DNA of 64,000 bases from Pseudomonadota bacterium. GTDB taxonomy: Bacteria > Bdellovibrionota_B > Oligoflexia > Oligoflexales > CAIYRB01. The stretch is taken from assembly GCA_031416315.1 (NCBI GenBank), contig JANOTL010000223.1, forward strand, positions 9,877 to 73,876. Reading direction: 5' to 3'. The notes beneath the pieces are model-generated. The model did no database searches, had not been told where the DNA came from, and worked only from the letters and a program-made list of their open reading frames with translations. A program made the translations under genes and the position numbers. Shown piece by piece: positions 18,042 to 26,854 of this stretch (positions are counted from its first letter, which is position 1; each line of letters begins with the position of its first letter).

Positions 18042-19046
18042 ATGCGTTACGAGATCGGACGTGAGCTCTCGCGCTTCAAAGCCCTCGCCGAGCGCCTCGG
18101 CGGCGAGCCCCTGGCACCTGGCGCTTACGCTCTGCGGCCTAAGCGCATCGCCATGAGCCTGCCCGCAGGCAAGGACCTCGGACTGACCTTGATGGGGATC
18201 GTCCACGGCAACGAATGGGCCGGCTTAGCGACTCTGAACAATACGCTGTCGCTGATCGAGGCGGGCGTCGTCGAGCTCAAGATGCCCGTGGCCTTCGTGA
18301 TCGGCAACCCCGACGCGGCTCGTGAGAACAAGCGCTTCCTGGGCAAAGACTTGAACCGCTCTTTCGCGGCCAAGCCGAACGGCGGCAATATCCCGGAGGA
18401 GGCGCGCGCGCGCGAGCTCGGAAGGATCCTCGAGCGCACGGCGTACCTGGTCGACTTCCACCAGACCTCACGCTCCGGCGACCGACCCTTCTTCATCTTT
18501 CCGTACAACCGACGCAGCTTCCTGTTCGCCCGCGGGATCGCGCCGCGGAAGACGATCGTGACGCATTGGGGACGACCCTTCTCCGCCGAAGGCATGTGCT
18601 CCGACGAGTTCACCAACTCCCACGGCGGCTGCGGCGTCTCGCTGGAGCTTGGGCAAAACGGCTTCGATCCGTATCAGATCGCGGTCGGGGTCGACTGCGC
18701 CTTGTGGGCGATCGCGACGACGCAGCGCTTCCTCGAACGCGGTGAGGCGCTCTCCGCTCACGGCGATCCGGAGAGCGAGGGCGAGCTCTACACCTGGGCC
18801 GAGATCATGGACTGGCCGGCCGAAGGCAGTCACGTCGAGCTGGTCGAGGGGCTCACCAACTTCCGCGAGATCGCGGCGGGGGAGCGGCTCGGAGCCGTCG
18901 ACGGTCGACCGATTGTAGCCCGGGTCGCCGGGCGGATGCTCTTTCCGAAGTATCTGACGCGAGAGCAGCAAAACGCCTTGGAAACGCGGCCGACCGAGTT
19001 GTGCCGCTTGGTGCGGCGCATATCCGAATCGGACTTGCCGGGCTGA
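18042..19046 (+). CDS. Succinylglutamate desuccinylase/aspartoacylase (M14-like) family hydrolase
   Basis: HGNE, GNP.A...NKRF..DLNRSF, DFH and SLELGQ motifs. Confidence 0.85.
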   Translation: MRYEIGRELSRFKALAERLGGEPLAPGAYALRPKRIAMSLPAGKDLGLTLMGIVHGNEWAGLATLNNTLSLIEAGVVELKMPVAFVIGNPDAARENKRFLGKDLNRSFAAKPNGGNIPEEARARELGRILERTAYLVDFHQTSRSGDRPFFIFPYNRRSFLFARGIAPRKTIVTHWGRPFSAEGMCSDEFTNSHGGCGVSLELGQNGFDPYQIAVGVDCALWAIATTQRFLERGEALSAHGDPESEGELYTWAEIMDWPAEGSHVELVEGLTNFREIAAGERLGAVDGRPIVARVAGRMLFPKYLTREQQNALETRPTELCRLVRRISESDLPG

Positions 19047-19061
19047 CGCGTGAGCGTCAGC
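19042..19061. terminator. Hairpin between convergent genes
   Basis: GCTGACGC-GTGA-GCGTCAGC, a perfect 8-bp stem. Confidence 0.55.
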
Positions 19062-19069
19062 TCGTCACT

Positions 19070-19204
19070 TCAGTCGCCGCCCGGGCGACCGTCGTCTTCT
19101 TTGCGGCCGCAGGTCTCGACCTGGCCAGCCTTCTTACCGCCGCCGTGGCGCGTGTGCGCAGGCTTGTTCACGACTTTGACTTTTTTAGACGTGCTCGGTT
19201 TCAT
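19070..19204 (-). CDS. Candidate RiPP precursor peptide, 44 aa: MKPSTSKKVKVVNKPAHTRHGGGKKAGQVETCGRKEDDGRPGGD
   Basis: GAGGT RBS shortly before ATG 19204; own promoter; downstream of and co-oriented with the rSAM-SPASM operon; SCIFF-like leader pattern K-V-K-V-V-N-K-P...GG; single Cys in C-x3-E-D-D. Confidence 0.7.
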   Translation of the reverse strand: MKPSTSKKVKVVNKPAHTRHGGGKKAGQVETCGRKEDDGRPGGD

Positions 19205-19236
19205 AAGTATACCTCGACCACCAGTTTGGTAACAAA

Positions 19237-19265
19237 ATGATACCAAAAAATGAGAACCGCGTCCA
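19237..19265 (-). promoter_or_regulatory. Putative sigma70 promoter for the 44-aa peptide
   Basis: On the minus strand, TGGACG-N17-TATCAT lies in an AT-rich patch with repeated TCATTTT. Confidence 0.5.
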
Positions 19266-19353
19266 GAGACATCGGCTCGACTCGCTGTCATTTCAGTAAG
19301 TTGCAGTTTCCGCGGGAGCGCGGCGCAGCCTCTGCCCCGTTGAAAAGCAAGTC

Positions 19354-21291
19354 TCATGCCGGCCTCGGCGTGAAGCTGACGCGGATCATTCCGGACTCGA
19401 TCGACATCTCGCCGCCGTAGACCTCGCGCGTCAAACGCCCGAGCCCGGCGAGGAGGTCACGATAGAAATGGTCGCCACCGAGCGTGCGGATGGGCGGCGG
19501 CGTCGGCCGCGACAACAGCTCCAGGACGGCGGGGTCGGGGAGGGCCCCGGTCTCGGAGACGAAGGCGAGCTCGAGGCGCTCGGGGAAGTCGTCGCCGCCT
19601 CGGACGCGGTAGCGCAGGCTGATCTGTTGCTCCTCGATCGCGCCCTCGTCGTCGGCAGCGAAGAGCGCCGCATAGGCGGCGATCGCCGCGATCAAGGCCT
19701 TCACGTCGAAGGCAAGAGGCATCATGACGAGGTCTTCTTCGCCCGGTTCGGGGCTCGCGACCATCGCAACACGGACGCCCATGCGGCGCAGGGCGGCGCC
19801 GTGCGTGCGGAGGAACTCGTCCATCAGCGCTCGGGCGCTGCGCGCCGTGGGAGCGAGCGAGCCCTCCTCCAGGGCCGAGGCGATGAGAATGCTACGGATC
19901 GCGAACTCCAGGCGCGCGGCGTGGCGCTCGGCCTCGCGGACGGCGCCGGCGCCACCCGCGGTCGTGCCGAGGATCGCGAGCATGCCTTGCAGCTTGGCCA
20001 CCGGCGTATTCAGATTGTGGCTCAGGAGCGAGATGAAGTTGCCCTTCAGATCGGCCGTGCGGGCGTGGACGCGCCCTTGCGCCGCGAGCCGCCACCTTTG
20101 GAAGGCGGTCAAGGAAAGGCGCGCGAAGCCGACGACGATGAAGGTCGAAAGGCCGAAGTAAGCGCAGTCGAAAAGCGGCATGTAAAGGCCGAGCTTTCTG
20201 ATGGCCAAGGCGTTGACGAAGGGACCGGCCAGCATGGCGACCAAGAACATCCCGGTCGCCGCGGTGCCGCCGAAGAGCGCCATCGCGCCGGTGATCACCA
20301 GGCAAAAAACAGCGACCGCGAGGACGACGTAGGACTGGGTCGGCAGGCGCACGGTAGCGCCGTCGAGGAACATCGAGGCGATCTGCGCCCAGAAGACGTG
20401 GAGCGGCGTGCCGGAGATCTCGGGATCGGCCTCGGCTCGGTCGTAGACGGTGCGCGTAAAACGCTTCACGTACTGGCCGCCGGCGGCGAGGGCGCCGGCC
20501 AGGTCGCTGCCGACGAAGGCGTAGCGCGCGGACGGCAGCGCGGGCAGCGCCAGGGCCTCGCGGAAGCTCAGGCGGCGGATCGTCTGCGGATCGGGGAGGT
20601 TCAGGACGTAGGCCGGCTGGATGCTCGGAAGGAGCTCGGTGAGCCAGGGTGCATCCTCTTTCTGCGGCGCGCCGCCCATCGTCTCGTTGGCGATGACGGG
20701 GAGCACCCAGTCGTCCCACTTGGCCGAGTAGGGACAGCTCGACTGCACTTTTTCGGGCAGGTCGTCGCACGGCGCGTCGTCGAGCGGCGTCGCGAGCTTG
20801 GTCAGCTCCTCCGGCAAGCGGTCGAGGTGCGCCGAGGGCGCCGCGATGTAGACCTTGGTCCTGCCGTTCTGCGCGAGCCGAGCGAGCGTCTCGACGAGCG
20901 GCAAGAGGTACACCTCGTCGAGAGGATGGGCCTCGGGATCGAGGCCTAGGAAGATCACCGGCACGTTGGCCGCCTCGAGCTTCTCGAGGATCCGCGCGTA
21001 GGAGGCGAGGGCCGCGTCGGGGACGACGCCACCCGGCGCGCGGCCCAAGACGCGCGCGTCGACGGCGTCGGCGGAGACGGCGAGGAGGGCGTCGCCGCTT
21101 TGGTCCGGGCGGCCTTTGGCGAGCTTGACGCTGAACTCGAGGAGCTTTTGCTCGGCGAGCAAGGACAAGCGCGACGAGCGCTGTCCGGAATAGACGACGT
21201 AGGTCAGCGAGGCGAAGAGGATCATCGCGACCGTGATCGGGTAAACGACGTCGAACCACCACAGCCGGTCGCGCCAGGAGCTGCGAAACAT
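19354..21291 (-). CDS. CHASE2-like membrane sensor with intact H-box but degenerate HATPase domain (phosphoacceptor pseudo-kinase)
   Basis: N-terminal TM, extracytoplasmic domain, 3 TM helices, then FISLLSHNLNTP. No recognisable N, G1 or G2 boxes downstream. Confidence 0.75.
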   Translation of the reverse strand: MFRSSWRDRLWWFDVVYPITVAMILFASLTYVVYSGQRSSRLSLLAEQKLLEFSVKLAKGRPDQSGDALLAVSADAVDARVLGRAPGGVVPDAALASYARILEKLEAANVPVIFLGLDPEAHPLDEVYLLPLVETLARLAQNGRTKVYIAAPSAHLDRLPEELTKLATPLDDAPCDDLPEKVQSSCPYSAKWDDWVLPVIANETMGGAPQKEDAPWLTELLPSIQPAYVLNLPDPQTIRRLSFREALALPALPSARYAFVGSDLAGALAAGGQYVKRFTRTVYDRAEADPEISGTPLHVFWAQIASMFLDGATVRLPTQSYVVLAVAVFCLVITGAMALFGGTAATGMFLVAMLAGPFVNALAIRKLGLYMPLFDCAYFGLSTFIVVGFARLSLTAFQRWRLAAQGRVHARTADLKGNFISLLSHNLNTPVAKLQGMLAILGTTAGGAGAVREAERHAARLEFAIRSILIASALEEGSLAPTARSARALMDEFLRTHGAALRRMGVRVAMVASPEPGEEDLVMMPLAFDVKALIAAIAAYAALFAADDEGAIEEQQISLRYRVRGGDDFPERLELAFVSETGALPDPAVLELLSRPTPPPIRTLGGDHFYRDLLAGLGRLTREVYGGEMSIESGMIRVSFTPRPA

Positions 21292-23219
21292 CAGGCCCCC
21301 TTCGCTTTCTGGAGGGCGAGCGTGAACTCGGCGCCTTTGCCGGGGGTCGAGCTGAGGTCGATCGCGGCGCCGATCTGGTCGGCGAAATACTTGCTCAGGT
21401 AAAGGCCCAGGCCGTGGCCTTTCAGCTTGTAAACCGAGTCGTCCTTCACGCGGTAGAACTTCTCGAAGATCCGCTCGTGGAACTCCGGCGAGATGCCGGG
21501 GCCCTGGTCCGCGACGCGGATGAGGAGACGACCGGGCGCGGGCTCGACGCGGATGGCGACGCGGCCGCCGACGGGCGAGTACTTCACCGCGTTGGAGACG
21601 AGGTTGTAGAGGATCTGCGAGAGAAGCGTGGGATCGGCGAGGGCGCTCGCGGTGTTAGCGACACCGTCGGCGACGTCGACCTCGATCGCGACCTTGCCCT
21701 CCGAGGCGCGCGACTCGAACTGGCGCACGACTTTCTGCACGACGGCCAAAGAGTCGATCCTGGCGAGGGGCAGGCGCTTCTTCTCCTGATAGGTGCCCCC
21801 AGCGGCGAATTTGGCGAACTGCTGGATGCCGTTCAGGTAGTCGTCGAGCTCCTCGCAGCTTCCCAAGGCGCGCACGAGCGCGTCTTTCGGCGTGCCTTCG
21901 AGGTCTTTCAAGGCCGAAGACGTCTCGAGCGCGGCGCGCGCGCGACGGTTGATCGCGGCGAGCTCCTCGGCGAAACGGTCGAGAAAGCGCTCTTGGATGG
22001 CGGCCAGCTCACCCTCCGATTTGGCGATGGCTTCGTGCTCGGCGCGCATGCGGGCCTCGAGACCGAGCCGCCGCAGGGCGCCGTAGGTCATCGCGAGGGA
22101 CGAGAAGAGCGCCGCGTCGGCGAGCGGGAGGTAGCGGTTGAGCCAGGCGAAGGCGGCGGCGTGGAGGAGGAGGAGGAGGGACCACCCGCCGATGAAGAGG
22201 AAGGAGGCGAAGCCGACGCTGGATTTCCAGATGAGCAAGGTCGCGACGGTGATGATGAAGGTCTGAAAGAGGTCGAAGGGGCGGGGAACGTCGCGTAGGA
22301 ATTTGTTTTGCGTGAGGTTCGCCAGGGCGACGCCTTGGACGTGGACGACCGGGATGCCGTCGGCCAGGTCCTCGCCGTCCATCTGCCAAGGCGAGTTGAC
22401 GAACGTGGCCTCGCGGTCGTGCGAGGTCCAGTTGCGCCAGGAGGTGTAACCGATGAGCAGCGTCTTGCCCTTAAGCTCGGCCAAGGTCGCGGGCTGTGCG
22501 ACCGCGAGCGACTCCGCTTTCCACGTGGCGAGCTGGCTCGGATGGAAGTAGTTGAGCTTCACCGCCGTACGGTCCTCGGGGAGGCGCCTCGCCTCGCCAC
22601 GCTCGGGAGCGAGAAAGCTCAGGTCCACGCCTTTGCGCGCCGCCAGGAGATAGGGAAGGAAGGGGAGCTCGCCCTCTTCCTTGACGACGAAGTCGCGGAC
22701 GATCTCGCGGCGGTAGTAGCGCGTGACGTCCGCCTTCGCGAGCTGGTCGGGAATCTTCTTGAAAGCCGCGGGGAGAAGCTCCGGCGATTGATTCTTCACC
22801 GAGAGGTCGAAGACCCCGATGACGAGGCGGCGGTCGCGGACCGCTAAGGCGGCGAGCTCTTCGGCCTGCGGGTCGCCGTACGGAAAGATCTGGTTCGGGA
22901 CGAGGACGGCGATGTGCGCGGCGTCGGTTAAAAGAGCGGCGCGGACGACGCGCAGAAGCGAGCGCCACGACAGATTGCGGGGCTTCGTGCGGTTCTTCTC
23001 GAGGTCGGGGCCGTCGAGCTCGGTGGTGGTCCAGTCGTCGATGGCGATGACGCCTAAGTCCGAGGTGTCGATCGAGGTCGGGGCCAAGCGCGTACGGATG
23101 TCGAAGAGCTTGCTCTCGACGCGGTCGCGTAGGGGCGAGCTGTTGTAAACGTAAAGGAAGAGGGCGCCGACGACGGCGGCGAAGGCGAGAAGGAGCGCGT
23201 TGGCGATCTTGTCACGCAT
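21291..23219 (-). CDS. CHASE2 membrane histidine kinase with intact HATPase domain but no phospho-His
   Basis: CHASE2 hallmarks (ESKLFDIR, VIAIDD, ELKGKTLLIG, PVVHVQG); NLVSNAVKYS, DQGPGI, IFEKFYRV and GHGLGL boxes. The H-box position reads FAEELAAI. Confidence 0.85.
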   Translation of the reverse strand: MRDKIANALLLAFAAVVGALFLYVYNSSPLRDRVESKLFDIRTRLAPTSIDTSDLGVIAIDDWTTTELDGPDLEKNRTKPRNLSWRSLLRVVRAALLTDAAHIAVLVPNQIFPYGDPQAEELAALAVRDRRLVIGVFDLSVKNQSPELLPAAFKKIPDQLAKADVTRYYRREIVRDFVVKEEGELPFLPYLLAARKGVDLSFLAPERGEARRLPEDRTAVKLNYFHPSQLATWKAESLAVAQPATLAELKGKTLLIGYTSWRNWTSHDREATFVNSPWQMDGEDLADGIPVVHVQGVALANLTQNKFLRDVPRPFDLFQTFIITVATLLIWKSSVGFASFLFIGGWSLLLLLHAAAFAWLNRYLPLADAALFSSLAMTYGALRRLGLEARMRAEHEAIAKSEGELAAIQERFLDRFAEELAAINRRARAALETSSALKDLEGTPKDALVRALGSCEELDDYLNGIQQFAKFAAGGTYQEKKRLPLARIDSLAVVQKVVRQFESRASEGKVAIEVDVADGVANTASALADPTLLSQILYNLVSNAVKYSPVGGRVAIRVEPAPGRLLIRVADQGPGISPEFHERIFEKFYRVKDDSVYKLKGHGLGLYLSKYFADQIGAAIDLSSTPGKGAEFTLALQKAKGA

Positions 23220-24586
23220 CAGGCGGAGAGGAGCTCAGGGGCGCGCTCGAGGAGGATCGCGTAGACCCGCATCGCTTGCTCGATCTCGACCGCTTGCAGG
23301 CGGCAGAACATCGGGTCGACCGCGAACGTGTCGCCGGTGGCGGCCTTGTTCTCGTGCAGGCAGCCGCCGGCGCACCATTCGCGCATCCAGCAGGTGTCGC
23401 ACGGGGCCTTTTTTGCCTCGCGAAAGGCGGAAACCGCGTCGAGCTTCTTCTGATCGAGGCCGTGCAAGACGTCGCCGAAGCGCTCGGACTCGTCCTCGTT
23501 GAAGCGGTGGCAGAGGTGGAAGGCGCCCTCGGCCGAGACGGTGAGGTAGTTGACGCCGGCGCCGCAGGCTTTGCCGCCGGTCTTGCCGTCGCGGATGTTC
23601 AGAAGGTGCTTCTTGACGTTGTCCAAGCGCAGGAGCGCCTTGAAGTCCCCCGCCTCGACCAGGCGGTCGATGACCTTGACGTAGACGGCGGCGAGCTTCG
23701 CCGCGTCGGCCTCGGTGAAATGGAAGACCTTGAGCGGCGAGGCCTGATGATAGACCGCGAGGCGGTAGTTGTGCGTCGTCAGCGTCTTCAGGATCGCCTC
23801 CTCGAGGAGGTTCACGTTGTCGCGCATGACGGTGGAGCGCAGGATGAAGCTGCGGAGGCTCGCGAGCTGCTCTTGGAAGGCGCGCAGCTTTTTCTCGACG
23901 ACGGGCTCGGACGACTGCTGGCCCACCATCGGGCGCTGCTTCGCCTGCAGGCCGTGGCCGTCGTAAGAGAGGGTGACCGAGACCTTCTTTGCCTTGAGCC
24001 ACGCGAGCTTCTCGTCGTTCAAAAGAGTGCCGTTCGTGGTGACGGCATAGCTGAAGCGCGTGCCGGTGGCGGCTTCGCGCGCCTCGCACCAAGTGACGAC
24101 GTCTTTCATGACGGGGTAGTTGAGGAAGGGCTCGCCGCCGAAAAAGATGACGTGAAAGTAGGCTTTGTCCTTGGTCAGGAGCTCGAGCGCGGCGACGGCC
24201 GTGTCCAGCTTCATCAAGCCCTTGTTGCCGTAGTCGCCTTCGCCGGCGAAACAGTAGAGACAGCGCAGATTGCAGCCTTGCGCCAGGTTGAGCGAGCAGG
24301 CGACGACGTCGGTCTTCACGTCCCGGGGCGGAGGCATCGGCAGGCCGCGCGCGATCTCGTCGAGCTCGGCGTCGGCCCCTTCCACGGACTCGCGGCCTTG
24401 GACGTGGCGGATGAGCTCATCGGGCGCTTCGAGGACGTGCGCCGAGGGAACGTGGAGGAGGAAGCCGGCGTCGAAGGCCTTCCAGACGCCCCGGAAAGCT
24501 CGCACTTCCGACGCGACGCGGGCTTCCAGCTCGAGGTCACGAGCGTCGGCGGCGAGCGAGGCGGTTGCGGGTGCGATCGGTGTCAT
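23219..24586 (-). CDS. Radical SAM/SPASM peptide maturase (CteB/SCIFF thioether-forming type)
   Basis: CNLRCLYC, FFGGEP and TTNGTLL motifs; SPASM C-x17-C...CxxC-x5-C-x3-C-x18-C; RRE-like N-terminus. Confidence 0.9.
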   Translation of the reverse strand: MTPIAPATASLAADARDLELEARVASEVRAFRGVWKAFDAGFLLHVPSAHVLEAPDELIRHVQGRESVEGADAELDEIARGLPMPPPRDVKTDVVACSLNLAQGCNLRCLYCFAGEGDYGNKGLMKLDTAVAALELLTKDKAYFHVIFFGGEPFLNYPVMKDVVTWCEAREAATGTRFSYAVTTNGTLLNDEKLAWLKAKKVSVTLSYDGHGLQAKQRPMVGQQSSEPVVEKKLRAFQEQLASLRSFILRSTVMRDNVNLLEEAILKTLTTHNYRLAVYHQASPLKVFHFTEADAAKLAAVYVKVIDRLVEAGDFKALLRLDNVKKHLLNIRDGKTGGKACGAGVNYLTVSAEGAFHLCHRFNEDESERFGDVLHGLDQKKLDAVSAFREAKKAPCDTCWMREWCAGGCLHENKAATGDTFAVDPMFCRLQAVEIEQAMRVYAILLERAPELLSA

Positions 24587-24628
24587 ATTGCTACCTTTTC
24601 GACAGGTGTCGAGGTGACGCGGCGATCT

Positions 24629-24645
24629 AACTAGTTGTTATAACA
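24629..24645. promoter_or_regulatory. Overlapping AT-rich palindromes in the divergent promoter region of the rSAM operon
   Basis: AACTAGTT and TGTTATAACA are perfect palindromes in a GC-rich genome. Confidence 0.35.
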
Positions 24646-24731
24646 CGTAGATGCCAAACTCGGGGCGCGTCCCAGCAGCCATTGAGCAAGAACGATACCA
24701 TATAAGGAAGCCTGTCCTGGGAGGAGCCTCG

Positions 24732-25931
24732 GTGCATCGTCTCGGCCTCATTTTTGGTCTCTTTTTGGCCGCGTCGCTGGCGCTGGCGCAGGGCGGCGCC
24801 TTGCCCAAGGGCGACCTCGGTACGGTCGACCAGGGGAAGGTGAAGGCGCCTTCGGCGCCGAAAGGCGAGGCGCGCCGCAACTGCCTTCTCGACTCGCTGC
24901 GCCCGACCGGAGGCAGCGGCGTGTGGAGCGCCACGGGCGACGCCTTCTATTTGCTCGCGAGCCGAGGGCCGACCGCGAAGATGCAGAAGAAGGGCGCCGA
25001 GTCGCTGAAAACGAAGTACACGCTCTACAAGCTCACGATGAAGGGGCGGAAGGTCGAGGCGCTGCTGTCGCTCGACCACAAGGGCGACGCGACGCTCGTC
25101 GCCTTCGGTAGCGGCGAGGAGCTCACCGGCATCTCCGCGGTCTCGTTCATCGGCAAGAGCATGGGCTGCAACGAAGGCCCCGCCGGCATGGTGAGCATCT
25201 CGATGCAGGGCGGCAAAGCCGTGCAGGGGACGGGACAGTTCGCGCTCGCAGCGGGGCCGATGGGGCGCACGCTGATCGACGCAAAAAAGCTGAACGTGCT
25301 CGAGATGGACACGTCGAACTTCCAGACGCGCTCGGTGCGGGCGCTCAAGGACTTCGAGCGGCCCCTTTGGTTCGATGGCGGCGCGCGTCGGCTCGTCACG
25401 TTCCGCGACGACGGCAAGGTCCGCGGGCTCGTCGATTACAAGTCGGAAGACGACAAGAAGGCGCGGAAGCTCGCATTCAAGCCGGAGGAGCGCGCTCTGC
25501 AGCAGAAAGACCTCTTCGGCATGGCGCGGCTCGACGCGGCGAAGAACGCGATCGAGATCCAGGAGCTCCCCGAGTGGTCGGGACAGAAGGAGCCGCAGAG
25601 CTTCCGCGTCGTGCTGCCGGGGGCGTTCGCGGTGGCGACCGCGGGCGTCGACATCCACTTCGAGAAGCGCCTGGCGCTCGTTTCCGGCGGAACTTTCGTC
25701 GCGCGGCAGCAGTGGCAGAAGCTTTTCGTTTTCGCGTACCAGCGCCAGGATCCGCTCTTCGTGATCAGCGCGCCCGGCAAGCAATACGTGAGCTTTGCCG
25801 CGTTCGATCCGACGGGTGCTTACGCGGCGGTCGAGGCGCGCGACATCGAGTCGCGGGCGACGACGAGCTTCAAGATCTTCGACGTGGCGAAGAAGAAGAT
25901 CGAGGAGATCAAGCTGCCGGCGCCGAAGTGA
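24732..25931 (+). CDS. Secreted hypothetical protein (possible beta-propeller)
   Basis: GAGGAG RBS, GTG start, signal peptide LALA-Q; WSATG and FDPTG repeat-like motifs. Confidence 0.65.
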   Translation: MHRLGLIFGLFLAASLALAQGGALPKGDLGTVDQGKVKAPSAPKGEARRNCLLDSLRPTGGSGVWSATGDAFYLLASRGPTAKMQKKGAESLKTKYTLYKLTMKGRKVEALLSLDHKGDATLVAFGSGEELTGISAVSFIGKSMGCNEGPAGMVSISMQGGKAVQGTGQFALAAGPMGRTLIDAKKLNVLEMDTSNFQTRSVRALKDFERPLWFDGGARRLVTFRDDGKVRGLVDYKSEDDKKARKLAFKPEERALQQKDLFGMARLDAAKNAIEIQELPEWSGQKEPQSFRVVLPGAFAVATAGVDIHFEKRLALVSGGTFVARQQWQKLFVFAYQRQDPLFVISAPGKQYVSFAAFDPTGAYAAVEARDIESRATTSFKIFDVAKKKIEEIKLPAPK

Positions 25932-25984
25932 GCTTTGAAGATGGCGAAGATAGCGAGGTTCAAAGCGTGGGCACAAAAAGCGGG

Positions 25985-26854
25985 ATGAGCGTGCGGGTCG
26001 GGATCGCGACCTCCGTGGACCATCCGCAGCTGATCGACGACGACCGGCTGTTCCTGCCTTACCTCGCGGCGCGCGGCATCGCCACGGAGCCGGCGATCTG
26101 GAACGATCCCGCCGTCGACTGGCGGCGCTTCGATGCGGTGGTGATCCGCTCGACCTGGGACTACTACGAGAGGATCGCCGAGTTCCGCCTCTGGCTCGAC
26201 GGCCTGATCGCGGCCGGAGTGACGGTCTGGAACCCAGTGCCGACGGTCCTGCGCAACGCCGATAAGACGTATCTGCGCGAGCTCGAGAAAATGGGCGTGC
26301 TGACCCTGCCCACGGTCTGGATCGCGCCCGGCGAGGCGGAGACCATCGCCTCCGTGCTGAAGGCGGTGCCGTGGCAGGATTTGGTGGCGAAGCCGTCGAT
26401 CTCCGCGGGCGCCTATCGCACGGTGCGCTGTTCGAAGCGAGAGCTCGAGGCGAATCCAGGCTTGATCGCGACGATCATCGCCGACTCGCACGCGATGATC
26501 CAGCCGTTCATGCAGGAGATCGTCGACGAGGGCGAGTGGTCCTTCCTCTTCTTCGGCGAGGAGCTTTCGCACGCGGTGGTGAAGAAGCCGAAGCCCGGAG
26601 ACTTCCGGGTCCAGTACACGCACGGCGGCAAGCACGTGAAGGCCGAGCCGCCGGAGGCCTTGGCGGCGGCGGTCGCGAAAGTCTTCGCCCTGATCCCGGA
26701 GCCGCCGCGGCTCTTCACGCGGGTCGACGGCATCTGGACCAAAGGCCGGTTTCTCTGCATCGAGATCGAGATGATCGAGCCGGTGCTCTTCCTCGCGGAA
26801 GACAAGGAATCGCCGGTGCGCTTCGCGAAGGCCCTCGCGGACCTACTTCGATAG
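25985..26854 (+). CDS. RimK/glutathione-synthetase-like ATP-grasp enzyme
   Basis: RSTWDY, NADKTYL, VAKPSISAGA, GDFRVQ..HGG, RVDG and EIEMIEP motifs. Confidence 0.85.
   Translation: MSVRVGIATSVDHPQLIDDDRLFLPYLAARGIATEPAIWNDPAVDWRRFDAVVIRSTWDYYERIAEFRLWLDGLIAAGVTVWNPVPTVLRNADKTYLRELEKMGVLTLPTVWIAPGEAETIASVLKAVPWQDLVAKPSISAGAYRTVRCSKRELEANPGLIATIIADSHAMIQPFMQEIVDEGEWSFLFFGEELSHAVVKKPKPGDFRVQYTHGGKHVKAEPPEALAAAVAKVFALIPEPPRLFTRVDGIWTKGRFLCIEIEMIEPVLFLAEDKESPVRFAKALADLLR

Noticed and set aside
18042..19046. Desuccinylase-like hydrolase as the RiPP peptidase
   Set aside because: It is convergent and separately terminated; only adjacency supports a link.
19050..19357. 95-aa extension of the precursor ORF and the antisense 60-aa ORF 19050-19232
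   Set aside because: The RBS and promoter point to ATG 19204, the extension runs through AT-rich promoter DNA, and the antisense ORF has no RBS.
25985..26854. ATP-grasp enzyme as a graspetide synthetase acting on the 44-aa peptide
   Set aside because: It is in a divergent unit, its motifs (RSTWDY, GDFRVQ) fit a widespread stand-alone family, and the peptide lacks a typical graspetide leader/core. Not fully excluded.
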